From contig NW_024704743.1 in NCBI RefSeq assembly GCF_018977255.1, forward strand, positions 27,468,001 through 27,532,000: a stretch of 64,000 nt of DNA. Direction: 5' to 3'. The DNA is from Callorhinchus milii (lineage: Eukaryota). Within the stretch, counting starts at the first letter, position 1, and each line of letters opens with the position of its first letter. A program made the position numbers and the translations under genes. The notes beneath the pieces were generated by a model. It did no database searches and was not told where the DNA came from. It saw nothing but the letters and a program-made list of their open reading frames with translations. Positions 48,808 through 63,050 of the stretch are shown piece after piece.

Positions 48808-50974
48808 GCCAAAAGAACACCATGTAATGCCGACCAGAATTTCTGCTCTCAACACCAGCGTTAACTTGTAAGACCATCTGAGTATTTAAGAGCTGTGCAG
48901 AACTGTGGAAAATCCTCCAATTTCATCTTATTGGGATGCTGTTTTTCTTCAGTTCTTAAAAAAAATTCACTTCCAAATTAAGAATGAATCGAAGAACTTT
49001 CAAAAATTCTGACCAATCTTAAATTTTAAGACTAAATGAACTTACAAGCTAAGGCAAGATGAAATGTTCAGCCTCAGGTATAGCAGCAGTTGATTCATGT
49101 CCTTTATGCACTAAATAAAATAGCTAAAGATAGTATGAAACAAGATAAGGCCATTCAGCCATCAAGCCTGCTCATCTCACACACTAACTAACACTACTGT
49201 GTCTTATGGGAACCTTTTGTGTTATAGATACCCCGTGAACCCCAAATATAATCAAGGATTCACCTTCCACATCGGCACTATTCAAGCTTCCATAAAACCT
49301 TAGCACAGGAACAATCATCATTCTTCAGCAATCTCAAATATCCATCTACTCTTGCCAAACTACTGCCAAACAAATATGGAATCTAATAATAATATGCTTG
49401 CATTTGATTTAGCAACTTTCACATCAGGATGACATATACGACAAAGTGGAGGGCTCTGTGTATTTTGGTCAAATCTACACAAACATTGTTGGCTTTTATT
49501 GAGACTCTGTTATGTATCTGCTGTGTGCCTGTGTGCGTAAAATGGGGAGGGGGAACAGCCTCTGTCTCAATTGAGGCTTTTAATATTTTTTTATAAATTA
49601 AATTTTACTATGTCCAATTATTCTTTCCTATTTTCTCCCCACTGGCTGCTATGTCTGTCTTCTCCTGGTCTCGCTATGGTATGGTTCCACAAATGCTGGT
49701 TACCCTCTGGTACCTACTTGTCCAAGTGGTCATTATTCATCTGTGAACCTTGGCAGCTTTCCCACCATGAAGCTTGGAGGGAGTTCCCGGTACCTGCTAT
49801 CCACCTAATAACTGACCAACTAGTGACTATCCTCTTGGCAGCAGGTAAGTGAGGTCTCCTTGGAGATGATCTGGCTCCAAAGTGACATGTTTAGCATGGG
49901 AATCTGGTCTGTAAGCTGCAGCTATATCCAGTGATCTCTACAAGATTAAAATAATAATTCTTGACGTTTACTCAAAAATTCTTCAGATGCAACTAAGCGT
50001 TCGATAGCACTTTTGCATTTTTGAGAGAAATGACCAGATGTTGCATCCAAATACTTTTCCTTTTTCCACTGCTACAAATGAACGTTCCATCATGTGCAGA
50101 GTTACTCTTCCAGGTTCTGATTCACATTGCTCTACCTTACTTTAACACAGTTCCCAGGGAATGTAGTCCCATGGTTATAAGAAACTGGCATCTGTTTAAT
50201 TTATCCAGATCTTGTTCAATGCATTCATCCTCCTTATTGTAATGTTGCAGACAGAAATGTACGCTGCTTTTAAATTAATGACCAACCACATAAGTGGTCA
50301 AAATGTCGACAAAGTGAATACCCTGGATATGTATTCAATATGTATCCAGGCACATGCAAACTATCAGATAAAAGCATTTATTCCAATATTCTTGTCTTCT
50401 TGTGGAGGGTGAAGAATGTTTATAGAAATATTGGTGGAAACCTAGTGAAGTGAGACCTGAAGGTTCCAGTGTTGTGGGAGAGATACCCAGAAAACCAGTG
50501 AATGATCCTGCACTGTCTGCCTGCAGAAGTCTGAAATATTAATTTCTAATTCTAGGGTAATTGGAGCACTGGCCATGAGACAGAAGGTCTGTCAATCAAA
50601 GTTAAGATGAGATTCTGTTATGTGAAGCTTGGAAATTCAGCAGAGAAAACCTGGAGTGTCAGTAAGTCACGTCTCAGAGTGTAATACAAATCTCACAGTC
50701 CTAAAACATCACTTGATGGATCGACAACAGTGTTCACAACAGATTGAAGTTATACAGTCTTGTCACTCTCAGGACCAACTTGCACTCTGGTTAGACTGAC
50801 ATAGGCATAATTAACAAGGCTCACACCTACATCTCCTTCCCTGCAAAGAAGTAAAATAGTCTGGACTGAAAGCTTGTTTCTTTCATGTGAAATACCTTAT
50901 GTAGTCTTCGTAGCAATACAGAGAGAAAGATGAGTTGTGGCTTTAAACACATCTTTATTTTGCAGACAGAGATA

Positions 50975-51285
50975 TAATAATAATAATCCTTGCATTTGAT
51001 ATGTGCTTTTCACGTCTTCTAGACATCTCAAAGTGGTTCACAGAATATACTGTAAAGTGAATTGACCGTATATTTGTGGGCCAAACGCTGCAGCCAATTG
51101 CACACAGCAGTGTCCCACAAACAGTAGTGGATTGAAGTGACCAAATTGTTATTGCTTTTTTTTTCTTGAGGGATCATTATCAGGCGTGCAGAGTAAGGAA
51201 ATTTGCCCAGTTTCACCCTGCTGGGAATCGAACCCAAGTCTCTCACTTGCAAAGCTAGTGCTCTAACCACTGAGCTACAGGACTC
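50975..51285 (-). mobile_element. Full-length tRNA-derived SINE
   Basis: gggaatcgaacccaag...ctctaaccactgagctacaggactc head; family tail. Confidence 0.9.
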
Positions 51286-52129
51286 AGGAAAATATAGAAA
51301 AGAAGAATAAAACAAAAGCACTACAGTTCTTTTTAACTTCATATTAACTTCACTTTTAAGAAGAGGCCCTGACTGTCTGCTCTGTTCCCTTCTTAGATGG
51401 AAAAAAAAATCCTTCATTCTGATCTGGATTTATAGATCTTGTTTCACTTTTACTGAATTGTATTGAACACATATTCAGAGGAAGACAACAATCCATTCCT
51501 TCAAGAGAATCACATTTGTTCAAGATAGCATCAGTATCTAAATATAAAGTACTTCTCAGAGATGGGAAATTTCTTTAGGTGATGTGAAGAAGAAACAGAC
51601 TAGACTCAAACTATCACAGAATTAACACTCAACCCATCAAAAGTACAAAGATGAACTTGGTCAAAAGGAGAATAGAATAGTATAAACACTACTGAAAGAT
51701 ACCTCTCAGTAACAATGTATTCCCACACATACTCCAAACCAAATAGTGTTTGTGCCGTTCGAACCTTTGAGAGTCCTAAAAGCAACAGGATGAGCTATCG
51801 CTCTGTATGCTTATTTCTGGAGAATTATAAATGTGAAATATGACATGCTGTGGGAGTACTAGATATAGAATCCAGCACCTCAACAAGTTCAGCTCTGAGT
51901 TGATAGCTGACTGAAAATACAAAAATAACTAACAATCGCCAAACATTATAAGTGGACTGCACACTAGAAGAGAACCGAATACTGAAGTGGAGATACACTG
52001 GGCTTCGTGCAAATAATCCCTGCCAATCTTGTATTATACATTCCACGGTGAGTGTTGCGTGAGAGCATGTGCCCGAGATAATGATTTGTGAATTGTAAAA
52101 CTGAAATAGGAAGAACAGCCATACTTAAA

Positions 52130-53228
52130 AGCAACAACTACAAAATTACATTTGTAAAGCGCCTTTCACATTGGGAGGATGTCCCAAGACACTGAACAGT
52201 CGGGGATCAGGACCCGAGGGTGGAGGGGCAGGGTTGGGATGAGGGAGGCCAGAGAGAAAGGAGGGCAGACGAAGGCATGCTCAAAAAGCAACAACAACAA
52301 CAACAACAAGATTCCATTTATAGAGCGCCTTTCACATCAGGAGGACGTCCCAAGGCGCTGCACAGTTGGGTCATGACCCGAGCAGGGGGAAATGGTCAGG
52401 GTGAGGGAGGAAAGGGAGGGAGAGAGGAGGGGGGAAATGGTCAGGGTGAGGGGAGGGAAGGGAGGGAGCGAGGAGGAGGAAGAGAGTCGAGAGGGTCTTG
52501 AGTTGTGCCTTCAAGGAGGTAAGGGAGGGAGCAAGGCCAAGAGACTGTGGGGTGAAGTTCCAAAGGGTAGGGGCAGAAAGGCTGAAAGCCCGGCCACCGA
52601 TTGTAGGGTGGGTCAGGTGGGAGGCAAGGAGTAGGCCAGAGCATGCTGAACGGAAGGAGTAGTCAGGTTGATAGGGGGTCAGCAGGTCAGAGAGGTAGGA
52701 GGGGACAAGGCCATGGAGGCCTTGAAAGTGAGGATGAGGATTTTGAATTCTATTCTCTGAGAGAGGGGGAGCCTGGAGCCAGGCGAGTGTGGGGGTGATT
52801 GGGTAATGGAGCCTGGTTCGGGAGAGGACACGAGCTACAGAGTTCTGGATGATCTGCAGCTTGTGGAGGGAAGAGTTGGGGAGGCCGACAAGGAGGGAGT
52901 TTCCATTGTCAAGTTTTGAGTTGACGAATGTGTGTATGAGGGTTTTGGCGGCCTGAAGAGTGAGGCAGTGGCAGGGTCAGATAATGTTGTGGGGGTGGAG
53001 AAGGTAGAGCAGATCATGGCACAGATATGGAAGAGAGAGGACAGTTGAGAGTTGAACAAGACACCCAGTTTCCTGACTGGAATCGAGGGTGGAGGCAGAG
53101 AGATAGAGTTGGGTGTTATCCACGTATATGGGGATGTTGACTCCATGTGGGAGCATGTAAAAGTTGAAGAGGAGGGGACCAAGGACAGAGCCCTGAGGAA
53201 CACTGCACGTGAATGTGTGGGGGCTAGG
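52130..53228 (-). mobile_element. Older L2 with a young L2 3' end (52288-52496) nested in it
   Basis: [13 protein letters not shown] and [12 protein letters not shown] remnants; nested piece has an (aac)n tail and two units of the 46-bp repeat. Confidence 0.88.
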
Positions 53229-53783
53229 TAATCCCTGCCCATCTTGTATTAATATCTTGTATTATATTAACCTTACATTATAACTTCAAGAACAGCCGGA
53301 TGCTACAATAGGGCTCCTACATATAATAGTCTGAGATTTCATTGTTGGTAACAATTTACAGAAATTAATTTGGTTCTTATTGGAAACTTTACTTACCGAG
53401 TTATAGTAAATTAAGGAATCTGCTTACAACAAAAGAGGAGAACCAACCACTCAAAAAATAACAAAGGCTTATTGGAAATCTTTGAAAGTTTTATCGGAAT
53501 TGTGGAAGAAGATAAATGTTTTGAAATTGAATGTGATACATTATTTATTTGAGAAGACTGTCATCTCTATGTGAAATAGTCATAGTCCTTACATTTGATA
53601 TAGTGCCTTATCAATTCATCAAATGTCTTAGAGCGCTTTACAGGATTTATTGTAAACGGTACAAGAGTAGTTGTAAATTGCATAATTATAGACAAGCATG
53701 GCACAAGGCTGTACAATGTCACATGACACAGCAATGTCCCATGACATCCTGCCGACTACGCCAATTTGTTGGTTTCCTTTTAC

Positions 53784-54226
53784 TGTAATTGAATCCTTGC
53801 CATTAACCAATAAAGGTCTGAAGACAGAGTTGTACAATCAAGACAATTTATTCAACAATGTAACAACGATACATGTAACAGAGATATACTACCAGATAAG
53901 CAGTCGTGCCTGATGACCAGCACTCGGCTCAGTGATCTGTAGTTCTTATTGAGTGGAGCTCAACTTTCCTCTGTGTGTCTGTGGTATTTATACACAGAGA
54001 GTTGGTGTACTTGTGATCTGCTCGTGATGGTACTTTTCCACTAGCTTACGTGTCTTCTGCTTGCTGAAACCATCCTAAACTAGGTTTCCTCCTTATCTTG
54101 TCTCCTTGCTTGCCCTCCCTGTTCTTCCTTAATCAGTATGTTCTCGTAACCTTGGTCTCTGGTCAGGGGCTCTACCCACAGACAGCTGCATATAAGTCAT
54201 ATTCCTGTTAATTCTTTTCTATACCA
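53784..54226 (-). mobile_element. Possible solo LTR
   Basis: Minus strand has TATAAATA (53992-53985), AATAAA (53852-53847) and ends ...caattaCA at 53784; 5' boundary and TSD not established. Confidence 0.3.
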
Positions 54227-55489
54227 AAAAGACGGGAGCCAAGCAGGATGGCACCTCTCTCTGTGACCTCCTTCAACCACATTAACCTGGCTTCTCCCTT
54301 TGCTCAGTGTATACTGGACGGCCTCATGTGCCACTCCCTATCCTCCCCACCATAGCTGGGTAGGATTTTAGCCATTCTGTCCCCATTATCTGGAACTCCA
54401 TCCCGGAATCCCTCCTTGATGTCATTCAAGCCATGTCTCAAAATATACCTTTTTGTTGACACTTTCTGTCATCTTTACCCTCTTCGCACTCTTCAGCTCC
54501 CACTCTCAGCTCAGGTGGCCTCCAGCTTTGACACATCCTCCGAGCATAAAAGATAGTATATAAATGTAAATTTTATTGCATTTCTTAGAAGTCTGGAAAA
54601 CATTTCCCTGTATTTATTTTCTTCGATATAATACCTAAAATTATTTTATTTCCCTGTGATCAAGTGATAATTAACATTTAATATTAGTGATTACATTTAT
54701 TAACTTTTCAATAGTACAGTGATTCAAAGCAGGAAATATGAGTTACAATTAAGCTTCAAATTGTTGAATCAATGCTAAAAGTACAGTATAAATGGGTCAT
54801 TGATTAGGTCTCCTCCCTCCAAATAGCTATTGCTACTTCCAGCATTATAGAAGACACTAATTACACTCATATGGTGTCTTAAAATGTTCAGACAATATAT
54901 TTTGTCTTCATTGTCTCCAACAAAACATTCCTTCAAATTACAAGACAACCCAATTTGAAAAGACGACTGGCTACTGATCAAATGTGCACACTTGTTAGAC
55001 GAGAAGCACAGTGCATCTGGTTCCTATTGTTCAAAAAGTAAAAAGAAAACAAGTGCTCTCAATCTTTCCTTATTGTTGCACTGTAATATGATTTCCTGTG
55101 CAATAGAAAAGTAACGCAAGAACCTAATGCTTGTCATTCACATACAGCAAGTTCCTGGCACTAATGGCACTAATGAGCAGAGGTGTCAGATAGAGACTGC
55201 ACCGTTCACAAGAGGGAAGATTGGAGGCTGACTGGGACTGAAACATGTCTCTCTCTCATTGTCAGTTTAATAGTGTCATTAGTGGTGATCTATGGTATGA
55301 TTGCCGATGGATGATTTAAGTTGCTTACAATGGTGGCGTGGAGATACCAAAGCTTTCCTCCATTACATGTGCATGCCACTAAGCATGACAACTAAAAGGA
55401 GAAAGGGGAAACAAACTGCAGACAAAACAAGTTCTAAAACCAAACTGTTAAAGCAAAGAATGTAATTTTTGATGTCAAACATACTTTTC

Positions 55490-55750
55490 ATCCTGTCTGC
55501 TTGTTTAGGTGGATGTTAAAGATTCAAAAAGAGAAGGATGTTTTTCCTAGTGTCCTGGCCAACAATCACCCTAATAAAATTGATCACTCACTTCATAGCT
55601 GTTTGTGGGATATTGTTGTGTACAAAATTGGCTGTCGAGTTCACTAACAAAATACACACAGTCACATCACTTTGCAGTATATCCTGTGAAATGCTTTGGG
55701 ATGCCTCAACAATGTGATAGGCACTATATCAAATGCAAATATTATTATTA
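55490..55750 (+). mobile_element. Old Deu-domain SINE
   Basis: tgtctgcttgtttaggtggatgttaaagat...gtgtcctggccaaca...tail. Confidence 0.7.
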
Positions 55751-58700
55751 CACGATTAGACATTAATTATTGTTATCTTGCAAAGGAGACTAAAACATCT
55801 TCACTTTTATTCCAATTGACTTTAAGAATAGCCTACCTCAAAAGCAGAAGAAAAACTAGAGATACAAACACAGGTACAAGATTCATTCCACCATGAATTA
55901 TAAGAGCAGCATTGTTTTTTAACTTTTAGGAAATAGACATAGCTATTCATTCTGGTTGTTTACTAATTTCCATACTCATTCTGTAGTACTGCCAAGACCC
56001 TATAGAGAATGCAATTTATGATTTAGAGAATACAACAATCTGAAAAGTTGCGTTCAATGCTTTCTGCATAATTTGCACCCCATCAACTCCCCCAGTCTAA
56101 TTAATCTGCCGGAGATGTAATACCTCAGATGGAATTTCAGGAAGAAGAAAAGCCTTTTGGATTTCTCTCTGACTTGCAAATACAGTTAAGCAGCCTAGGT
56201 ATATCCAAGTGGATTCACTGTGTATTTAGTGGGTGAAATGCTCATCTATGTCAATACCTATCTCTGGAACCCTCAGTCATATTGTTAACCAGTCTCTTCT
56301 TCAGCTCATTTTTAAATGAATTAAGCAATACTGCAATAATTACTTTTCATGAAGTCCATTCCTTATATCTATGTACTCAGGAGAAAAAACAGTCCTCTGA
56401 TCTACACTAGTGCTTGAGGCCTGGTAATTTTGTATTTATAGTCTTGCTATCAGAGACCAAGTTAAATAATGCTCTTACAACCACCTTGTCATGTTATTCA
56501 TCATTTTGAAGGCCTTGATCTTGATCATATCCCTTTTCCAATCTTTTCTGAGATGAAGAACCTCTGGGAGTTTCTCCCTGTACCTTAGAGGGCACTTTTA
56601 TCTGCATCAATAATACAGCATTGATGTCCTGCCAGGCAGACAATGCAATAAGAAGTACAAAATCTTATTTGGGAACTTTTGCCACTGGTTCCCATTTTCT
56701 GATATGGGTGGAATCTTTTGTCTATGTGATATTTCACAAAGGATTGTGACATGCCACACACTGAGTTTTAACTGGTGGTATTTCTCAACAGATTTCTTGG
56801 TAGGAAAGAATGCATTCCTTGGGATGTCCTCCTGACATGAAAAGAGCTATACAAATGTAATTTTATAATGTATTCTTCAGCACATTTGCTGTTTTGGAAA
56901 TTCAAACATGTAACATTTCCCATTGATAAATTTAATTATAAATACTGCACATGAATTCCTTTATTGGCAGATGAATTTATGAATTGATGGAATATTAGAC
57001 TCTCAATCTGTAGGTTTGTGACATTGTTTGAATTAGGGGTCTCTGAATGGGAGACTGCTAAACAGTGATAAACTGAGATAGAAAAGGAATAGACTAGTCA
57101 AGCCCTCTGGGATGCTACTGTGTGTGAGGAGCAGTATATAAATGCAAGTTGTTGTTGTTCTTATCGTGAGAACATGTGGAAGGAATAGAGGTGTGAGTAT
57201 ATTGAGAGGGAGGGAGAAACAAAATGGGGAAAAGTGTGATGAAAAGTATCAAATAGGAGACAAGTGGTAATTCGCCGAAAATTGACAAATTTAGAGAGAG
57301 GAGCAACAACAACAAGTTGCATTTATATAGCTTTCTTCACATATAGCAGCTCGGAGTACTGAATAATGGCATAGTTTGATACTGAGCCAAGTGAAATAAC
57401 CATTGCCAAACTGCTGGAAAAAGCACACAAAAGAGAAATTGCATCTTATGTGGTCTATTCCGTGTATGTCAATGCAACTCATTGGGGTTTTGGCTCTGAT
57501 CTGAGATGACCTCAGAGACAGTCTTGAGTTGGAGAAATATATAGGGAGCAACTGCAGAAAGTGCAATTTATGTTGCAGGTGTTTTTTCCAACAGTTATGC
57601 CATAATAATAATATTATTTGCATTTGATATAGCACCTTACCACGATGTTGAGATGCCTCAAAGCACTTCACAGAATACACTGCAAAGTGAATTGACTATA
57701 TACTTTGTGGACGAAATGGGGCAGCCAACTGCGCACAATTATTAATCAACAGTAACAATTGCTACGGTTAGATAGATTGAGGGCTTTTGCACCCCACTTT
57801 ATCATTTCAACATAATTACAGCGTGATGAGGTTTGACATACATTGCCTCCGACCTCTCTGCAAACAAAACAAAAAAGGGGCTTTGCTAAGCATTTGTTCA
57901 CAAAGAAAGCTTCTTTGTTCAGAAAATGCAGGAGAGAGAAATAGAAGAGTTGAACAAGAGCAGTTTGAAAATCAAGTATCATTGATAATAATCAGAGCTG
58001 GAGTAAATACTTTATCATAGCCTTTGACTATGTCCTGACCAAAGTCAAGTAAAATGATGACCAGAGATTATGAGATTGAATTTGCAGTGTTCATTGGTGC
58101 CATCCTTCTCCTTATTACAGCAAGGAACACGTTACAGAACCCTCACAAATTTTACATCTGTAATCCGTCTTGCATAAGAACGGCTGGAAGTACAAGACAG
58201 GTGCTAGAGTTAAGTCACAAGGTTTGATTCCTTCATCTTATAGTTGGCAATTGATTTGGTTGAAGTAATCAGTCACACCTTCCCAATCTTGTTATATAAT
58301 TGACCTACAATTATGTGCTGTTATACGACTGACATTTTATTTGCAATTTGAGAATCTGTATCAATCATGCTTCCGGAGGTTCGATGAACAATAATCTAGG
58401 TACCACAGCAATGATATACCTGCCATACCTTTTGTTCACCCATCAGCAATAACTTATGGCTGCAGTGCAAGAGAAAATGAATCAAACCATACAGCCATGT
58501 GTCAGATATTTTGTTTCATTTGTTGAATTCACAAAATGTAATCATTTAGAAAATTCCAGTAGCATCTTTACTGTGCAGTTTTTACAAGTGGATGGTTAAA
58601 TTGCCTTGCACAATATATTTCTCCATCCTTGTGGCCTTATTTAGCCTGTTTTAAAATATTATACTCAGGATCGTCAATAAAAAAGTTAATCAGGAAATTA

Positions 58701-59433
58701 GAAGAAACAGTTTCACACAAAGGGCTATCAGAAAATGGATTGCTTTGCCACAAAGCGGAGACTGAGGCCAATGTAATATATACAAGGGAACAGGATAAGC
58801 ATTTGAAGAAGAATATAAAAGAATACTGGAGAAAGAGCAGGGAATTGAAATTATAGGAAAAACTCCAGTGGAACAGATAGCAATAACAAATGAGCTCCTC
58901 GGATCCTATATTTACAATTCTATAATTCTTTGAGTTCTATAATTCTATAATTCTTTGAATTCTGAAGTATGCAGATAAGACATAGCAAACCATTGGACCT
59001 GAACATAATAATAATAATTCCTTACATTTGATATAGCACCTTATCACGTCTTTGAGACGTCTCAAAGCACTTCACAGAATATACTGTAAAGTCAATTGGC
59101 TGTAAATCTTGTGGGCGAAATACAGCAGCCAATTGTGCACAGCAGTATCCCACAAACAGCCATAGATTGAATGACCATTTATTTTCCTGTTTATTCCAAG
59201 AATAACTTGCATTTATATAGCACCCTTGATGTAGGATAATGCCTTTGAGTGCTGTACAGTGGCGGGGTTGGATGCTGAGGAAGAGAGAAGGGTGAGCAAG
59301 GAACAACTTGCTGGTCTTATTTAAGGACTATTATTTAACTTTATTGGATAGCAATGAACAAGATTTTTGTTTTGGAGACCAATGGAAATGTGAGAGGTAC
59401 ATAGGGCTACAGACAATCTCACTATTTCACTAT

Positions 59434-59742
59434 AGGAGTCCTGTAACTCAGTGGTTAGAGCACTCGCCTCACAAGCGAGAGACATGGATTTGATTCCCAG
59501 CAGGGCGAAACCTTATGCAAATTTCCTTACTCCACACTGATAATAATCCCTGCAGAACAAAAAAAATAATACAATTGGTCACTTCAATCCACGACTGTTT
59601 GTGGGACACTGCTGTGCGCAATTGGCAGCCACGTTTTGCTCACAAATATGCAGTCAATTTACATTAAAGTATATTCTGTGAAGCGCTTTGAGATGTCAGA
59701 AGACGTGCAAAGCTCTATATCAAATGCAAGGATTATTATTAT
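59434..59742 (+). mobile_element. Full-length tRNA-derived SINE
   Basis: ggagtcctgtaactcagtggttagagcac head, body and tail. Confidence 0.9.
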
Positions 59743-59994
59743 TTTTTTATTTCGTATCACTGAGTCATTGTCATGCAAGAAGAATATTTTCTTCTATGAT
59801 TTTTCAGGCCAACTGAGTACGACCCATGCAATGCAAGATAACTGAGATATATTACTGTGGAAAGTGAATGTCATCTTAAAAAGGTAACTACAATAAAATT
59901 TCTCCATGCAAACAAATAAATCTTAAGATATAGGGCAGGGTAGTCACTTAATTTCAGCTATTTGCTTCTTCCAAACTCTTACTCACAAGAAAAG

Positions 59995-60176
59995 TAATAA
60001 TAATAATAATCCTTGCATTTGATACAGCGCTTTTCACGTCTTCTAGACGTCTCAAAGCACTTCACAGAATATACTGTAAAGTGAATTGACCGTATATTTG
60101 TGGGTGAAATGCAGCAGCCAATTGCACACAGCAGTGTCCCACAAACAGTCGTGGGTTGAAGTGACCAATTTTTTTT
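59995..60176 (-). mobile_element. Partial tRNA-derived SINE
   Basis: Family 3' half; similar partial copies at 57603-57740 and 59006-59185. Confidence 0.85.
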
Positions 60177-60710
60177 AAGTTCTCCAAGGGTGTGGACTAT
60201 AGCTTTTAATCTGTTCCTTGACAAACTCCGCTGTTTGAATTTAAAAATGCTCATTTGGAAATAACTATCCCTCGGTAAGTAAGAAACAGAAGTCCAGAGT
60301 CTAATTCTGTTTGCACTGCCTGAATAATTAGTTCCTAAGCTTCTAACTTGATACTTTTTAATATTAATACTAGTTTCTTATTTTAAATGGCTCTCTCTCT
60401 GGATAGTGCGAATGGTATTCAGAATGAGGATTAGTAGCCTGAACCAGACAGATAGATCCAGTGTCTGCTTGAAAGCACAGTGATGGCTTACGACGGCAGA
60501 CGTTGGTGGCAGCTGCAAATGGAGTTGAAATAATGAGGAGATTTTAGCGAAAAAGGCACCAGAAAGTTTGGGGACGTGCTTAAGGGAGAAGTAAAAGGAA
60601 CGATAAGTGTGAGGTGTTCAAAGGAGAATAATCCTAGAGAATTCAGATGCAGATTGTCAAGAGCAAAGGCCTAGAAAATCCTGAATGTGCCTTGAGATAT
60701 GCTAGAGTTT

Positions 60711-60874
60711 TAAGTGGTGAAGGAATGTACCGCAAGCAACAGAATATTTTTTTTAATCGGGAGAAAAGGGAAAAATTGTAACAGAACATGTTGTGTTTGC
60801 ATTGGATTTCTGTTGTCCTAAATGTTCTATTTATAAATAAATATATTTATATAAATATATATTTTCAAAAAAAA
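60711..60874 (+). mobile_element. Poly(A)-tailed retroposed insertion with 12-bp TSD (L1/Tx1-type)
   Basis: atgctagagttt at 60699-60710 and 60875-60886; insert ends aataaa...tatattttc(a)n; absent from the paralogous repeat copy at ~36770. Confidence 0.75.
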
Positions 60875-61919
60875 ATGCTAGAGTTTAGCCAGCTAAAATC
60901 ACTATGAACACTGGCAAGATTCCCATTGCTTCCCAGCTACAACCACAAGACCCATTAGGCCTATAGCTCACCGAATTAACAAGAGAGCTGAGTGGGAAGA
61001 ATCACGTCGCTCAGTAAGTGCTGATTCATATAGATTCCATGTTCGAATCTTGTTCTGTGCTGAGTGTAGCTTATCTTTGATCGGGTATCAGGAGGGTGCA
61101 AAAATCTACCTCAGTATCCAGAGGTTAAACAAGTCAGGGGAAAATAAACCAGGGATCCCGCTGACAGCAAACAAGTGGTTGGAAATGTTTATCTGTGATA
61201 GCATCACGCTGGATTGTAGTCTCCTATGTAATCGAAACATCTCCTAGTACTCATTGTTAAGGCTCATACGTGAATAAGGTCACTTGGGTGAAGTAGCAGA
61301 GATTGTTTAATGCCTGTTAAACAGTATCTCAGCAGAATGAGAACCAATTGTATATCTCAGGAGAGGAAGAAAAGGCAAGCAAATCTCAAAACCAAAGAAC
61401 TTAAAAGAATAGTGTTGATTTTAGTTCATGGACATTTTAATTGTAATTCAATGACTCCCATTAAATCCATTTGCTTTCATTCTCTTTGGTGTCATTCTGC
61501 AAGGGTTTTTAATTGGGGACAATTTTGTTGTCTGAAAGACTGTGGAACTGACATGAAATAAACATCTCAAATTAATTTATTTTTGGAGTGGGTTCCCTTG
61601 AGTGGGAGTGATGTGAGTGACATACAGCCAGTTACTAGAAAGAACCCCTACTCTTATTTTTTTCAAATTCAGAAATCCATGAAATAAAAACTACAAAGTT
61701 GACCGCTCAGCTACTTACCCTCTGTCAGCTGCACAGTCTCCATTCATTGGTTTAACAAATGCAACTCCAATCTCTAGACATGTAAATAATGTTAATAATA
61801 GCTTCCAACTGTTGCATTTGGTCAGTTAATAAAAATCTCTCTTCAAAGCAGAGTTTAAACACTTCTGTTAAAAAAAGTCCAAGGAAATCTTATTTGTTCT
61901 AGGTTAGATCAATTATTGG

Positions 61920-62275
61920 TCAGCCTGATTCAGTTGGAAGCTCTCTCACCTCAGAGTCAGAAGGTTGTGGGTTCAAGCACCAGGGGAGGAACTTTGAACT
62001 CACATAGACTAGGGTAACACTCCAGTGCAGTGCTGGTGGTGTGCTGTATTGTCAGAGGAGCAGAATACCAAAAAACAAGGCCCCTTCTGCCTGTTCAGGT
62101 GGACATTAAAGATTGTAAGGCACTATTCGAAAAGAGAAGGGTGCTTCTTCCGGTGTCCTGGACAACGTTCCTTCAGGTAAAATTGATCATTCACTTCATG
62201 GCTTTAGTGGGACATTGCTGCTCACAAATTGTCGAGCGCTTTGAGATATTTGCAGGTATTATTATTATTACTACT
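61920..62275 (+). mobile_element. Near-complete Deu-domain SINE
   Basis: tRNA-like head ctcagagtcagaaggttgtgggttcaag, Deu core ctgcctgttcaggtggacattaaagat..ggcactattcgaaaagag..ccggtgtcctgg. Confidence 0.75.
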
Positions 62276-62319
62276 ATTACTGCAAAGCCTTTAAATTCAC
62301 TATGCATTTTTGGCGTTTT

Positions 62320-63050
62320 ATAAGATCCTCAACTATCTTTTCTACCCCACATCTGTGCCATGACCTGATCTGCCATCCCCCACCTTCGCAACTTCACCCA
62401 GCTCCGTCACTATCTCACACCGCAGGCCGCCAAAACCCTCAAACACTCATAACATCCATGCTTGACTATGCAAACTCCTTGCTTGTCAGCCTCCCCAACT
62501 CCTCCCTCCATAGGCTGCAGATCATTCAGAACTATGCAGCCCGTGTCTTCTCCCGCACCAGGCTCCATGACCCTATCAATCCCATCCTCGCCTGTCTCCA
62601 CTGGCTTCCTATCACATAGAGGATACAGTTCAAGATCCTGGTCCTCACCTTCAAAGCCCTCCATGGCCTCCCTCCCCCCTACCTTTGCGACCTCCTAAAC
62701 CCCTAACATCTTGCCCGCTCCCTCTACTCAGCGGGCTCTGGCCTGCTTCACATTCCCCGCCTCGCCCGCCCTACCATTGCCAGATTGGCAGATGGATATT
62801 GTGCCACTCAGCCCACACCCTCTGGAACTCCATCCCACAGTCCCTCTGCCTCGCCTCCTCCCTTGCCTCCTTCAAGACCCATCTCAAGTCCCTACTCTTT
62901 GACTGATTTCGATCACCCTCCTGCCCCTCCTGCCCTCCACCCTCCCCAATCCCAACCCCCTGATCGGGTACAAAGCACTGACTGTCCATTGCCTTGGAAC
63001 TTCCTCCCGTCATGAAAGGCACTATAGAAATTTAATTTTGCTGTTGTTTT
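62320..63050 (+). mobile_element. L2 3' fragment
   Basis: LITSMLDYANSLL...LQIIQNYAARV...LHWLPIT and 3'UTR/tail. Confidence 0.9.

Noticed and set aside
59808..59883. Exon-like segment with good splice sites
   Set aside because: Stop codons in all three frames; at most a non-coding exon.
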